Assembly: GCA_963745075.1 (NCBI GenBank)
Contig: CAVUWV010000009.1
Coordinates: 192,001 to 256,000, forward strand
Source: Candidatus Hydrogenedentota bacterium
GTDB taxonomy: Bacteria; Hydrogenedentota; Hydrogenedentia; Hydrogenedentales; SLHB01
DNA length: 64,000 bases
Direction of reading: 5' to 3'
In this document: positions 29,711 to 38,944 of the stretch, piece by piece
Layout of the letters: each line of letters starts with the position of its first letter
Position numbering within the stretch: position 1 is the first letter of the stretch
Made by a program: the position numbers and the translations under genes
The notes under the pieces: generated by a model
What the model saw: the letters and a program-made list of their open reading frames with translations, nothing else
Told to the model about the DNA's origin: nothing
The model's database searches: none

Positions 29711-29754
29711 TTCATTTTGAATCTGGGGTGCACAAATTCAATAGAATCGCACTA

Positions 29755-30254
29755 CTAGCCGGCCACGAGAAAATCCGTATACCGCCCTTCGACCCGGGTC
29801 GGCTTATACACCTCCACGACGGAAAGGTTTTCGCCTTCGAACCGAAATCCCGAATCGTCTTCGTCCGTCTGGCTCAGGGTTTTGCCTTGCAAACCGACGG
29901 CTGCCAGAAGCTCTTCCGGCGTAGTGAAGCCCGTCGTGTAACCGGCAACCTCGCTGCAGTGCCCATCATCGGACAAAACAAAGTCCATGCCGGTGAATGG
30001 CTTCGGCAAGGTTGCGGTTTCCCGGCGGTACATGATGCGCCGGGGCGGAGATTGCCGGCCGGGTTCGTCGGTTCTGCACTCGCTTTGGCGGGCCGCCCGC
30101 ACCACCCTGTCGGCGTGCCGAGGATGCCCACGATTTCGTCTTCGGTCTTCCCGAGATACCGTTGCACGTCACGTTTCGAGTGCGCCATACCGCAGGACGA
30201 GGTTATGACTGCAACAAACAGTACGGACGAGATGACTGCGATCGACTGCTTCAT
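29755..30254 (-). CDS. Hypothetical lipoprotein (frameshift near 30105)
   Basis: Signal ITSSC then YLGKTEDEIVGILGTP; continues in ORF 29755..30105. Confidence 0.55.
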
Positions 30255-30629
30255 AACAGGAACCTCCGACACCTCATACCCCAAAATCCTCGGCGTATCG
30301 GTTCGTCACAGCCCCGCATGGTCCCTGAATATGCGGCCTCATTCCCGATACGTCACGCATCACCATTGTGTGGCAAAATCCACACCCGACCTGCATGTAT
30401 TATAGCAGAGAAAACCCAGAGAAATGGGTAAACGGATCGCCGTTTTTTCACAAATCTAATTTTCGCAGTAGCTTGCAAAGGAACTCGAAACGAGAAAAAC
30501 CCGTGCGCTATCATAGGCAAACCGCCTTCCAATCCCGGCTATCGGGGAACCGCGAGGCGCGGGAACGGCGCGTCGATCGTGTCCTTTGTCGCTCGCGGAT
30601 GGGGAGGCTTCGATCTCGCTTGGAGGACT

Positions 30630-31049
30630 ATGGTTACTCGACCATTTGAAGACACCGACGAAGCCGCGGTGATAGACCTGTGGGACCGGTGCGGATTGTT
30701 GCGGCCTTGGAACGATCCGCGGAAAGATATCGCGCGCAAGAAACGCCTGCAACGCGACCTGTTTCTGGTGGGGGAGGTCGACGGCGTTGTCGTCGCGGTG
30801 GCGATGGTTGGATACGAGGGACACCGAGGCTGGATCAACTACTTTGCCGTCGACCCCGGCCATCGGCGCAACGGAGTCGGCCGTGCCATGATGGACGAAG
30901 CAGAGCGACGATTGCGCGAAATCGGCTGCCCCAAAATCAATTTGCAGATCCGGCGCGACAACTTGGCGGCCAAAGCGTTCTACGATGCCCTTGGGTTCAC
31001 GGAAGACGATTCCATCAGCATGGGCAAACGTCTCGAACGCGACGATTGA
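30630..31049 (+). CDS. GNAT acetyltransferase (YpeA-like)
   Basis: RPWNDP, GYEGHRGWINYFAVDP, RRNGVG, GCPKINLQ. Confidence 0.92.
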   Translation: MVTRPFEDTDEAAVIDLWDRCGLLRPWNDPRKDIARKKRLQRDLFLVGEVDGVVVAVAMVGYEGHRGWINYFAVDPGHRRNGVGRAMMDEAERRLREIGCPKINLQIRRDNLAAKAFYDALGFTEDDSISMGKRLERDD

Positions 31050-31274
31050 CCGCTACGATGTTGCCCCGTTACGAATTTCAGGCCAGCTTCCATCGTCGAG
31101 TATTCTGTGGGCCACGTTGATACCGCGTGACAATCGCATTGCCAAATCCGGTACAATCGGCTCGGCTAAACTTGGGACTACGGACTGCGCCGACTGGAAC
31201 ATCGCGTACGAAATCCGGCGGTGCGCCTCCCACCGGAGCACTTCAATTCAAGTCTCCATCCGGAAGGACAAGCA

Positions 31275-32009
31275 ATGGCAGAGATCAATGAAATTGCGCC
31301 GGACGTGTTTCGCATCAGCGTCTACGTCAAAGACTTCGACCTGCAGTTCAACCATTTTCTTGTACGCGACGAGCAACCGCTCCTCTATCACGCGGGCATG
31401 CGGCGCATGTTTCCCGACCTCCACGAGGCCGTGGCGAAGATTATCGATCCGAAGACGCTGCGTTGGATTAGTTGGAGCCACTTCGAGGTCGACGAATGCG
31501 GTGGTTTGAACCACTGGCTCGAAGCCGCGCCCTCCGCGGAGCCGGCATGCAGCGTCGTCGGGGCCATGGTGAACCTCAGCGACTACTCGGATCGCCCGCC
31601 GAAAGGGCTGGCGAAGGGCGAAGTGTTGGAGACCGGGAAGTACCGGTTTCGCTTTCACCCGACGCCGCACCTCCCGCACGGTTGGGACGCGGGGGTTCTG
31701 TTCGAAGAGACCGAAGGTCTCCTGTTCTGTTCGGACCTTTTCCATCAAGCCGGGGAACGCGAAGCCATAACGGATTCGGAGGACATCCTTGACCGAACCC
31801 ATGAGGTCTTGACCAACTACCAGGCCGGGCCGTTGATGGAGTACCTTCCCTACACGCACCACACGAAGCGCCTGCTCCACGAATTGGCCGCATTTAATCC
31901 AAAGACCCTGGCAATCATGCACGGCTCCAGCTTCTCCGGCGACGGCGGGCGACTGTTGCGAGAACTCGATCCGATCCTCGAAGGAATCTATGGCGGAGAG
32001 AAGGCGTAG
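31275..32009 (+). CDS. Metallo-beta-lactamase-fold di-iron protein (FprA N-terminal/ODP-like)
   Basis: SHFEVDECGG, PHLPHGW, LFCSDLF, MHG. Confidence 0.8.
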   Translation: MAEINEIAPDVFRISVYVKDFDLQFNHFLVRDEQPLLYHAGMRRMFPDLHEAVAKIIDPKTLRWISWSHFEVDECGGLNHWLEAAPSAEPACSVVGAMVNLSDYSDRPPKGLAKGEVLETGKYRFRFHPTPHLPHGWDAGVLFEETEGLLFCSDLFHQAGEREAITDSEDILDRTHEVLTNYQAGPLMEYLPYTHHTKRLLHELAAFNPKTLAIMHGSSFSGDGGRLLRELDPILEGIYGGEKA

Positions 32010-32069
32010 GCGGGACCGTGGAGAGATGAATTGTCATACTTTAGTCCGTTGCGTGTTCGGTGGTAGGCA

Positions 32070-32100
32070 TTGACACCTGGCAAGTAAGATGATATCTTAC
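32070..32100 (+). promoter_or_regulatory. TA promoter with operator palindrome
   Basis: TTGACA-N17-TATCTT; GTAAGAT-gat-ATCTTAC overlaps the -10 box. Confidence 0.7.
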
Positions 32101-32105
32101 CTTAT

Positions 32106-32357
32106 ATGAAGACCACCGTTTCCAGTAAAGGCCAGATCGTTATGCCGGCCGAGATCCGTAACGAAGACCAAATCGAGGCCGGGCAGGAATTCGAGATCGA
32201 GCGCATCAAAGCCGGCGAATATGTCTTGAGGCGCAAGACGCCCCCCCGAAACGAGGGGTTGATGGAACTCTTGTTGGCATGCCCGGTCAAGGATTGGTTT
32301 GTGCCGATGGATCGAAGTGATACGACGGATGATATTCAACCGGCGGGGGTGGGATGA
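32106..32357 (+). CDS. vapB: AbrB/MazE-type antitoxin (VapB-like)
   Basis: TTVSSKGQIVMPAEIR; ATGA overlap with the PIN gene. Confidence 0.88.
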   Translation: MKTTVSSKGQIVMPAEIRNEDQIEAGQEFEIERIKAGEYVLRRKTPPRNEGLMELLLACPVKDWFVPMDRSDTTDDIQPAGVG

Positions 32358-32761
32358 CCTACCTCGTCGATTCAAACGTACTCAGTGAGCCGACCCGTCT
32401 CGATCCCAATCCGGATGTTGTCGAGTGGTTGACCACGAACGAGCGGGAGTTCGTAGTCGATCCCATTGTTCTGGGGGAAATCCGCATCGGTGTATTCTCG
32501 CTCCCGCGAGGGCGAAAGCGTTCGCAACTTCAGCGATGGTTCGAAGCCGTGGCAACTTCCGTTGAATGCATTCCGTGGGATCGCGAAGTCAGCGCGCGCT
32601 GGGCAGGGTTGGTTGTCGCCCTCAAGCGCAAAGGGCAAACGCTCCCCCTGCTGGACAGCATGATCGCTGCCACGGCCCTAACACATCAGCTAACCGTCGC
32701 AACGAGAAACGTGAACGATTTCCGTCGGGCCGGCGTCAAGGTAGTAAATCCATTCGCCTAA
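32354..32761 (+). CDS. vapC: PIN-domain toxin VapC
   Basis: YLVDSNVLSE...E...LDSMIAATA...TRNVNDF. Confidence 0.92.
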   Translation: MTYLVDSNVLSEPTRLDPNPDVVEWLTTNEREFVVDPIVLGEIRIGVFSLPRGRKRSQLQRWFEAVATSVECIPWDREVSARWAGLVVALKRKGQTLPLLDSMIAATALTHQLTVATRNVNDFRRAGVKVVNPFA

Positions 32762-32841
32762 GACGGGCTTGCCCACAGTCCATACGAACGGCGTAGGTCG
32801 CGCGATGCGCCAAGACCCGCGCAAGAGACCGGAGAGGTCGT

Positions 32842-33109
32842 GTCCACCGATTGCACAGATTCTCACCGATTCAAGAAGAACCTATCCGCAGATGGCGCAG
32901 ATTCAAGAATCAAGCGACTTAAGCAATTCTCAGGACTGAAAGTCCGTCACAAGATAGCCCAGGGCAAAGCGAAGCGACGCCCTGGGTTCTGGAACCTCAA
33001 TAACCAAGCGCTGAAAGTGCGAAACAATCATCTGCGCAAACCTGCACCATCTGCGGGCAGAATCCGTTCTTCCTTCTTCAATCGGTGTAAACCGGCGTAA
33101 TCGGTGGAC
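32842..33109. repeat. Nested inverted-repeat cluster (two 9-bp-periodic IR pairs around a family C half-element)
   Basis: GTCCACCGATT...AATCGGTGGAC outer; CCGCAGATGG...CCATCTGCGG middle; GGACTGAAAGTCC...GCGCTGAAAGTGC core at 32933-33021. Confidence 0.75.
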
Positions 33110-33112
33110 GTA

Positions 33113-34417
33113 CTAAATCTCGATCGTCCACGGCTCCCGCATGGGGCGCGACAACATTGCGTTCGCTTCGTCGTCGTCCTCGAATCGTTCGGCCACCGGG
33201 TCCCATCGCAACGGCCGATCGAGCCGCAGGCAGATGTTTCCGATGTGGCAGATCGTCGTCGACCGATGCGCGATCTCCGGCGGGGCGATCGTCGTTTCCC
33301 GCGACTTGACGCAATCGAGGAAGTTCCGGTGGTGCGGATTCCAGTGCGCGTAATCCTCCGGCACGATCTCCGCCGCTTCCAACAACGACGCCGGTTCCCC
33401 CTTCACATTTCCGAAATCGTCCACGCTGATCCAGCCGTCGGATCCCTCGAACTTCACCTCACGCGGATCGTGATCGTGCATGATGAGGCGCACGCCGTCC
33501 GCATACGTCGCCGTGATGCCGTGGTACACCGACGTATTAAACAGGCTGCCCTTCCGCGGCCACACCGCCCAGCCTTCGTACGTGAGCGGCCCCGTCAACT
33601 CCGAATCGTTGCCCCACTGCGCGAGGTCGTTGAAATGCGCGCCGATATCCGTCAACTGCCCGCCCGAATAATCGTAGATCCACCGGAACGATCCGAAACA
33701 GCGTTGCTCCGCGTACGGCGCCCACGGCGCCGGCCCCAGCCACATGTCGTAATCGAACCCTTCGGGCACCGGCACTTCCTCCGGCGACGCCCAATCGTGG
33801 CCGATGGACAGATTCGTGTGCATCGTGTGCACCTCGCCGAGTTTGCCCGACCTCGCCGTATCGACGGCAAACCGGAAACAGGGGATGCTTCGCCGCTGCG
33901 TGCCGCTCTGATACACCACGCTGTACTTCTTCATCGCCTCCACGACCAGCCGCCCTTCGGCGACGGTCAGCGATATCGGCTTCTCGCAATAGAGGTCCTT
34001 GCCCGCCTTCGCCGTTTCGATGGCGATGAGCGCGTGCCAATGATCCGGCGTCGCGATGAGCACCGCATCGATGTCATCCCGCGCGATGATTTCCCGCCAA
34101 TCCTGCGTCATCGTGCCACGCCACGGCGTGGTATTGCCGTACGTCTCGTCGATATGCGCCTTCGCCTTCTTCATCCGGAAATCGCCCGCATCGCACAACG
34201 CAATAAACTGCACGTCGCTGTGCGCCGTGAAGTTCACGATATCCGTCGTGCCCATGCCCCCCGTACCGATCCCCGCCATCACGATCCGTTCGCTCGGCGC
34301 CGTCGCCGCCCCCAACCCCAACACACTCGACGGCACTACCTGCGGCCCCACCCAAGCCGCCGACGCGGCCAGGCTACTGCGTTTCATGAACTGCCTGCGT
34401 GATACCGCTTCTGTCAT
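33113..34417 (-). CDS. Gfo/Idh/MocA oxidoreductase with Tat signal
   Basis: SRRQFMK; GIGTGGMG, ATPDHWH, YCEKP, WLGPAP, DIGAH. Confidence 0.92.
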   Translation of the reverse strand: MTEAVSRRQFMKRSSLAASAAWVGPQVVPSSVLGLGAATAPSERIVMAGIGTGGMGTTDIVNFTAHSDVQFIALCDAGDFRMKKAKAHIDETYGNTTPWRGTMTQDWREIIARDDIDAVLIATPDHWHALIAIETAKAGKDLYCEKPISLTVAEGRLVVEAMKKYSVVYQSGTQRRSIPCFRFAVDTARSGKLGEVHTMHTNLSIGHDWASPEEVPVPEGFDYDMWLGPAPWAPYAEQRCFGSFRWIYDYSGGQLTDIGAHFNDLAQWGNDSELTGPLTYEGWAVWPRKGSLFNTSVYHGITATYADGVRLIMHDHDPREVKFEGSDGWISVDDFGNVKGEPASLLEAAEIVPEDYAHWNPHHRNFLDCVKSRETTIAPPEIAHRSTTICHIGNICLRLDRPLRWDPVAERFEDDDEANAMLSRPMREPWTIEI

Positions 34418-34495
34418 TGTCCGTTCCTCCAGGTAGTGAACGCGATGGATGCTCTCCGATTGACGCAGGGCACGGAATCCCGATGCCTACCCAGT

Positions 34496-35683
34496 CTATC
34501 GGATTCCGTGGTCCGGCAACAGTGGGTTTATCAACATCATCACGCTTGGCATCATGGTAATCCTGCCACGATACCATTCAACGACGCGTTGCCGGAATTC
34601 GCTGTTGTCGTTGGCCGGGGTAAAGACGAGATCCCGACTCATCTCCGCCGGCGTCAGCGTGCCTTTGAACTTGCACAGGTAGGAGAACTCCAGGTCTTCG
34701 GGTTTGAAGAAACCCTCTGGGTCGACGGACTCTTCGGCGGTCAGATCCCGTAACAAGAAGTCCGGTGACTTGACGCCGGCAAAGTGAAGCGCAAGCCCAT
34801 CGTCACACGCCATTTTCCGGTCGCTTGCCAGATAGACGAGCACTTCGGTATCGAACCCTCCGGTGCCGGTAAGTCGGAGCGGATACACCGGCTGCTCGTG
34901 CGGGAAACGAAGCACCAGTGGGGCTGAAAGTCCCTCAAAATCGAGTCCCCATTCCTCGTCATTTTCATCAGGACCGATCGTCGCTACCGCGAAACACCAG
35001 TTGTCCTCGATATAGGCGTCAAAGGCCGCCTTGTCCTTTTCACCGAACTGAAACTCATGGGCATTGAGCCAGGCGATTAGGTCCCGGGAGTCGTCGGATC
35101 GGATAACCTGTACATTGTAGACACCCACGTTGCTCTCGGAAATCACTTCAACGCCTTCTTTGCCTCGCGGGCCGGTCAGGAGAAGAAACCAGCATCCCAG
35201 CCAGAGGACCGCCCCGTAACACCAACACCGGGCGAAGTTGCGTCGGTGTCGCCGGAATGTATCTCGTAGCGACGGCACAAACGTCAAAACGAAAAGGATG
35301 AACCCGAGCGCGGTACAAACGCCAATCGTGTAGAAGATTACGGAAAAAACGATTGGCGCAACACGCGTAACGTGAGGGCGAGTCTGCCAACTCATATTGT
35401 GGAAGATACCCGGAGCAAAAAGAGGGTGAATGCTGGCCACTTCCGGCGTGGAAGGAACTGGAACAACCCAACCAAGTGAACCGTCTTTGGCGGGCACAGA
35501 CGTCGCGTATTTGCTCTGGAGGATGAGTGTCTCAACCCCATCGTCAAAAAGGATAAGCGCCCGCTGGTAGGGGATTGCGGGAGGAACCTCTTCGAGTCCG
35601 TACATCTTGCCATCCCCCATGGCGGGAATAGCGATGCCTAGCGTGAGCAAGAAGATTGCAGTTACGCGGGTTGTCCGTTTCAC
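34496..35683 (-). CDS. DUF2330-like exported/membrane protein
   Basis: Signal peptide; QRALI, LGWVVPVPSTP, VGVYNVQV, WLNAHEF, PVYPLRLT; two internal TM helices. Confidence 0.7.
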   Translation of the reverse strand: MKRTTRVTAIFLLTLGIAIPAMGDGKMYGLEEVPPAIPYQRALILFDDGVETLILQSKYATSVPAKDGSLGWVVPVPSTPEVASIHPLFAPGIFHNMSWQTRPHVTRVAPIVFSVIFYTIGVCTALGFILFVLTFVPSLRDTFRRHRRNFARCWCYGAVLWLGCWFLLLTGPRGKEGVEVISESNVGVYNVQVIRSDDSRDLIAWLNAHEFQFGEKDKAAFDAYIEDNWCFAVATIGPDENDEEWGLDFEGLSAPLVLRFPHEQPVYPLRLTGTGGFDTEVLVYLASDRKMACDDGLALHFAGVKSPDFLLRDLTAEESVDPEGFFKPEDLEFSYLCKFKGTLTPAEMSRDLVFTPANDNSEFRQRVVEWYRGRITMMPSVMMLINPLLPDHGIR

Positions 35684-35722
35684 GAAGTCTCCCCCCAGGC
35701 GGGACGGTACTATGTTATCTAT

Positions 35723-36640
35723 TCACTCCCCTGTATGTTTCCGGAAGAATAGTACGGCATGTTTGGAGTACTTTTCGAATTCGGATCGGTACTCCTCCGA
35801 GTTCGACGAATGCGGCGTCCTCGGCCATTCGGTCTCGACGGTGAAACCCGACTCCCGCAGGGACGCAGCGAATTCCTGCGCGATGCTGAATCGCGTATCC
35901 AGCGTGCCGCACATGACGAGAAATGGAACCTTCTCCGCGCCTTCGGCGGCGGGATGCCCGGCGACTTCGGCCGTTCGGGCGTCGAAGAGATCGCGCAGCC
36001 GCTCGGGGACCTTCTCAGCGTTCTCCGGGGAGGAAAGAAAGGCCTTCGGATCCTTCACCTCGCCGTATGCTTCAATCAACAACCGTCCGTCCGGCGTGGT
36101 CCACGTCCCCGCCGCAAACGCGGCGCAGGCCTGAACCAAATCCGGATTGGCCAACGCGAATCGGTGTGCAAACTGTCCGCCCATCGAGTACCCGCACAGC
36201 AGAATCTTCTCATACAGTTTGTATTCGGCGTGCACCTGCTCGAGCACCGCTTTGAGAAATGCGCCTTCGCCCAGCACCGGAAACCGGCTCACCTCTTTGT
36301 CGGCCGTAATAAACTCGGGCAAAATCAGAATCGCCGGCAGATTCCTCTCATCGGCGATCCTGCGCATGGCGATAGCCTTGGGGTTCGTCCGCGCGTTGCC
36401 GCCTCCGCCATGCGCCACAACCAGCGGCCAATAGGTCTTATCGGGATTGAAGCCTTTGGGCAAGGCAACGAAATACGTCCGCTCGGCGCCTTGAAATTCA
36501 ATAGTGCGCGTCAAAGGCTCGAACTCTTGCGACAAGGCCGGCAGCGCCACGCACGACGCGAAGAGAACGCTTCCGATTGCGGCAAACCAGATTCGCTCGT
36601 TCGATTGCATCGTAGACGCCACGTCAATCACCTCTGGCAT
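35723..36640 (-). CDS. Secreted alpha/beta hydrolase (esterase/PHB depolymerase-like)
   Basis: PLVVAHG, GYSMGGQFAHRF, CGTLD, PH. Confidence 0.8.
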   Translation of the reverse strand: MPEVIDVASTMQSNERIWFAAIGSVLFASCVALPALSQEFEPLTRTIEFQGAERTYFVALPKGFNPDKTYWPLVVAHGGGGNARTNPKAIAMRRIADERNLPAILILPEFITADKEVSRFPVLGEGAFLKAVLEQVHAEYKLYEKILLCGYSMGGQFAHRFALANPDLVQACAAFAAGTWTTPDGRLLIEAYGEVKDPKAFLSSPENAEKVPERLRDLFDARTAEVAGHPAAEGAEKVPFLVMCGTLDTRFSIAQEFAASLRESGFTVETEWPRTPHSSNSEEYRSEFEKYSKHAVLFFRKHTGE

Positions 36641-36734
36641 ATTGTTAAACGGACTGCGCGGACAAGTGCCCAGGAGCGTATCTCGGGCCTACCCCATAAA
36701 TGGTTTGGCAGGGACGTTGACAGTCAAGATTATC

Positions 36735-36959
36735 TCAAACGTTTGCGGCTTGATAGATGGCGGGCTGGTACTTTGGAGGCGGAATGGGTTTCCCTTCCGC
36801 CCGTGCAGACTCCAGCCAAAGTGCTTTGGCTTTTTGGACCTCTTGCAGCGCCTCCTCCGGCGTGGAGCCAAAGGCTGAACAGGCTTCCAAATCCGGAATA
36901 TCGGCGATGTACCCCTCGTCATCTTCCGAGTAGAAGATGTTCATGTGATAGTCTTTCAT
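36735..36959 (-). CDS. hicB: HicB-like antitoxin (short form)
   Basis: YSEDDEGYIADIPDLEACSAFGSTPEEAL...GKPIPPP. Confidence 0.9.
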   Translation of the reverse strand: MKDYHMNIFYSEDDEGYIADIPDLEACSAFGSTPEEALQEVQKAKALWLESARAEGKPIPPPKYQPAIYQAANV

Positions 36960-37012
36960 TTGTCTTCCTTTAGTTTCAGGCTATGGCGCTCGACCAAGTT
37001 CAGAAATTGGCG
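36956..37012 (-). pseudogene. hicA: 3' remnant of a HicA-like toxin gene
   Basis: RQFLNLVERHSLKLKEDK* with TGA overlapping the hicB ATG; no 5' part present. Confidence 0.6.
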
Positions 37013-37031
37013 AGTCCGACGTGCTGATCCA

Positions 37032-37439
37032 CTAGCGCCGTTCTGTTAAGACTTCGAGCGCCGTGATGCCTTCGAAATCCTTCGCGTTGTGCGTCACAAG
37101 CGGTACGCCGTGCCGGGCAGCGCACGCAGCGATCCACGCGTCGTTAGGGCCAATGGGGTTACCCTTGCGTCTGCGTTCCGCGACAAGCCGGCCGTAGTAC
37201 CGGGCAATATCGTGATCGTACGGGATCACGACGAAGTTCCGTAGGGTTGTCTCCAGTTCTTTCCGCTTCTTCTCACCCCAGTTCTTGTGTTCCGCGCCGT
37301 AGTACATCTCACCGACGGTAATGAAGGCGATGGCGAGCAGCCGGCCTTGAAGATGCGGTGCGTACGCTTCGGCCAAGGAACCACCCTTCATCAAGTACGA
37401 GACGACGTTCGTGTCGAGGATGATTTTGACGTCGCTCAT
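37032..37439 (-). CDS. vapC: PIN-domain toxin VapC
   Basis: ILDTNVVS...TVGEM...NDAWIAA...THNAKDF. Confidence 0.92.
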   Translation of the reverse strand: MSDVKIILDTNVVSYLMKGGSLAEAYAPHLQGRLLAIAFITVGEMYYGAEHKNWGEKKRKELETTLRNFVVIPYDHDIARYYGRLVAERRRKGNPIGPNDAWIAACAARHGVPLVTHNAKDFEGITALEVLTERR

Positions 37440-38425
37440 GAAGTGCGGCCTCGTTCCATGTGAGAATGGCGCAATTCGTCAATTGCATCTTCGAACCCAT
37501 CATCGACATCGCCCGGCCAAGTACCGAAAAGCGCGCGCACATCCGCCATGGGCTTGACATTTTGCGCTTCCGCCAATTCGTCCAGAGAGGGTGATTCCCA
37601 GAAACTCCGTGATATGGGAGTGCCTTGCGGCAAGAGTTCGGTGGCTTCTCCTTCATATTCTTCGAGGCGTTCGATGTCGTGAATCTTGATGCTGGAGATC
37701 TTACCACTTACGGCGTCTTCCTTCGCTTCACCCACGATACGCACGTATTGGAGGATGTCTTCTAGAACCTCGTCTTTCTGTTCTTCATCAAACAGACAAA
37801 GCACCGGGTCACCCACCGGCGGATGGACTCGGCAACGAGTGCCATGTTCTTTGAAGTCCGCCATTAGCAATCGTCCCTCAATGGTGCGTATATTGGTTTG
37901 CGGCCCCTTGATGCGTTCCTGTATGCGCGCGAACCCCTTCGACGTGTATGTCGCCCTTAACGGTTCTGTCCGGTGATTCAAAGTGAATTCAATCTTCTCA
38001 ATTCCTTGGGTGAAGAGCGTCCCAGCATCGCGCCAAGCCATCAGGACGCCCGCGTCGTAACCCGCCGGAAGCGTTTCATCGGTGCCTTGAGCCGCGGCCA
38101 AGCCGACCATCGCTTTCTCCAGAATCTCTATACCTAGATCTACTCCAGGCAAAGACGCCTCGGTTTGCCGTCGTTCGAAACCCAGCACTGCAGACGGGCT
38201 ACCGTGGGTCAGCAACACGAGATCGAGAGCAACTTCCTCTTTGATGCTACGTGGCTGTGGTCCGCGCCGAACGCTTTCGGCCTCTCCTGCAAGCACGCGC
38301 CCGGTTCGTTGCAGGGCCTTACCTAGGTTGTCGAGAAAGCGCAAAAGATGTGCGACCGGAATCTTCCCCGGTCCCACGGCCTCGCCGTCGAAGCGTACTT
38401 TCAGCAACGGTTCCTTATCGGGCAT
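37436..38425 (-). CDS. 329-aa hypothetical protein coupled to the PIN toxin (putative extended antitoxin)
   Basis: GGAGGT RBS; ATGA overlap with vapC; acidic antitoxin-like C-terminal tail. Confidence 0.8.
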   Translation of the reverse strand: MPDKEPLLKVRFDGEAVGPGKIPVAHLLRFLDNLGKALQRTGRVLAGEAESVRRGPQPRSIKEEVALDLVLLTHGSPSAVLGFERRQTEASLPGVDLGIEILEKAMVGLAAAQGTDETLPAGYDAGVLMAWRDAGTLFTQGIEKIEFTLNHRTEPLRATYTSKGFARIQERIKGPQTNIRTIEGRLLMADFKEHGTRCRVHPPVGDPVLCLFDEEQKDEVLEDILQYVRIVGEAKEDAVSGKISSIKIHDIERLEEYEGEATELLPQGTPISRSFWESPSLDELAEAQNVKPMADVRALFGTWPGDVDDGFEDAIDELRHSHMERGRTS

Positions 38426-38648
38426 AGTCGTACCTCCGAATTCCGATTCAGATACTTCTCCACCGAGAATGATAGTCCGGCAACAAACTGTATCTCCGTA
38501 CATCCTGCCGCGATTGCTTTCTCGTCGTCGGCTCCCCGTTCTCACCAGCCTGAGGGAAGAATGCTTTCATAGTAGCGTATTCGGCTGAAAGCCACAAGCA
38601 CGGGAGTGGGGGCACGCCACAACTCCCGCCCAGCAAGATATTTGCCGC

Positions 38649-38737
38649 CTAGCCCGCATTTCTCACCGCTCCACGACCTCGCCTTCGAGACAAAGCATTC
38701 GAGGCGGTGAGAAATGCTCCCGAGAAAACCGGGCTAG
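38649..38737. repeat. REP-like palindrome family D
   Basis: CTAGCCCG-CATTTCTCACCGC...GCGGTGAGAAATG...CGGGCTAG. Confidence 0.7.
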
Positions 38738-38944
38738 CCCCCAGACCGCACATCTGGGATTATCAAGACTGCATACCGTGTCCGTCGCCGGTTTTGGTCG
38801 TCGGTGAAGAGTAGAGTACTACCAAGGGCGATGCAATTGCAGCGAACGTCCAATCCTGCGTCGGTTGCTCGCGAGTTCCGTCGATATCATCTGTGCCTCA
38901 CTCGTTCGACGCAATACCCCCGTGCCCGTTCACGCCATGCTGGT

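Noticed and set aside
30515..30570. GGCAAACC suggesting a c-di-GMP-I riboswitch
   Set aside because: The downstream GAAA tetraloop and GCAAAGC elements are missing.
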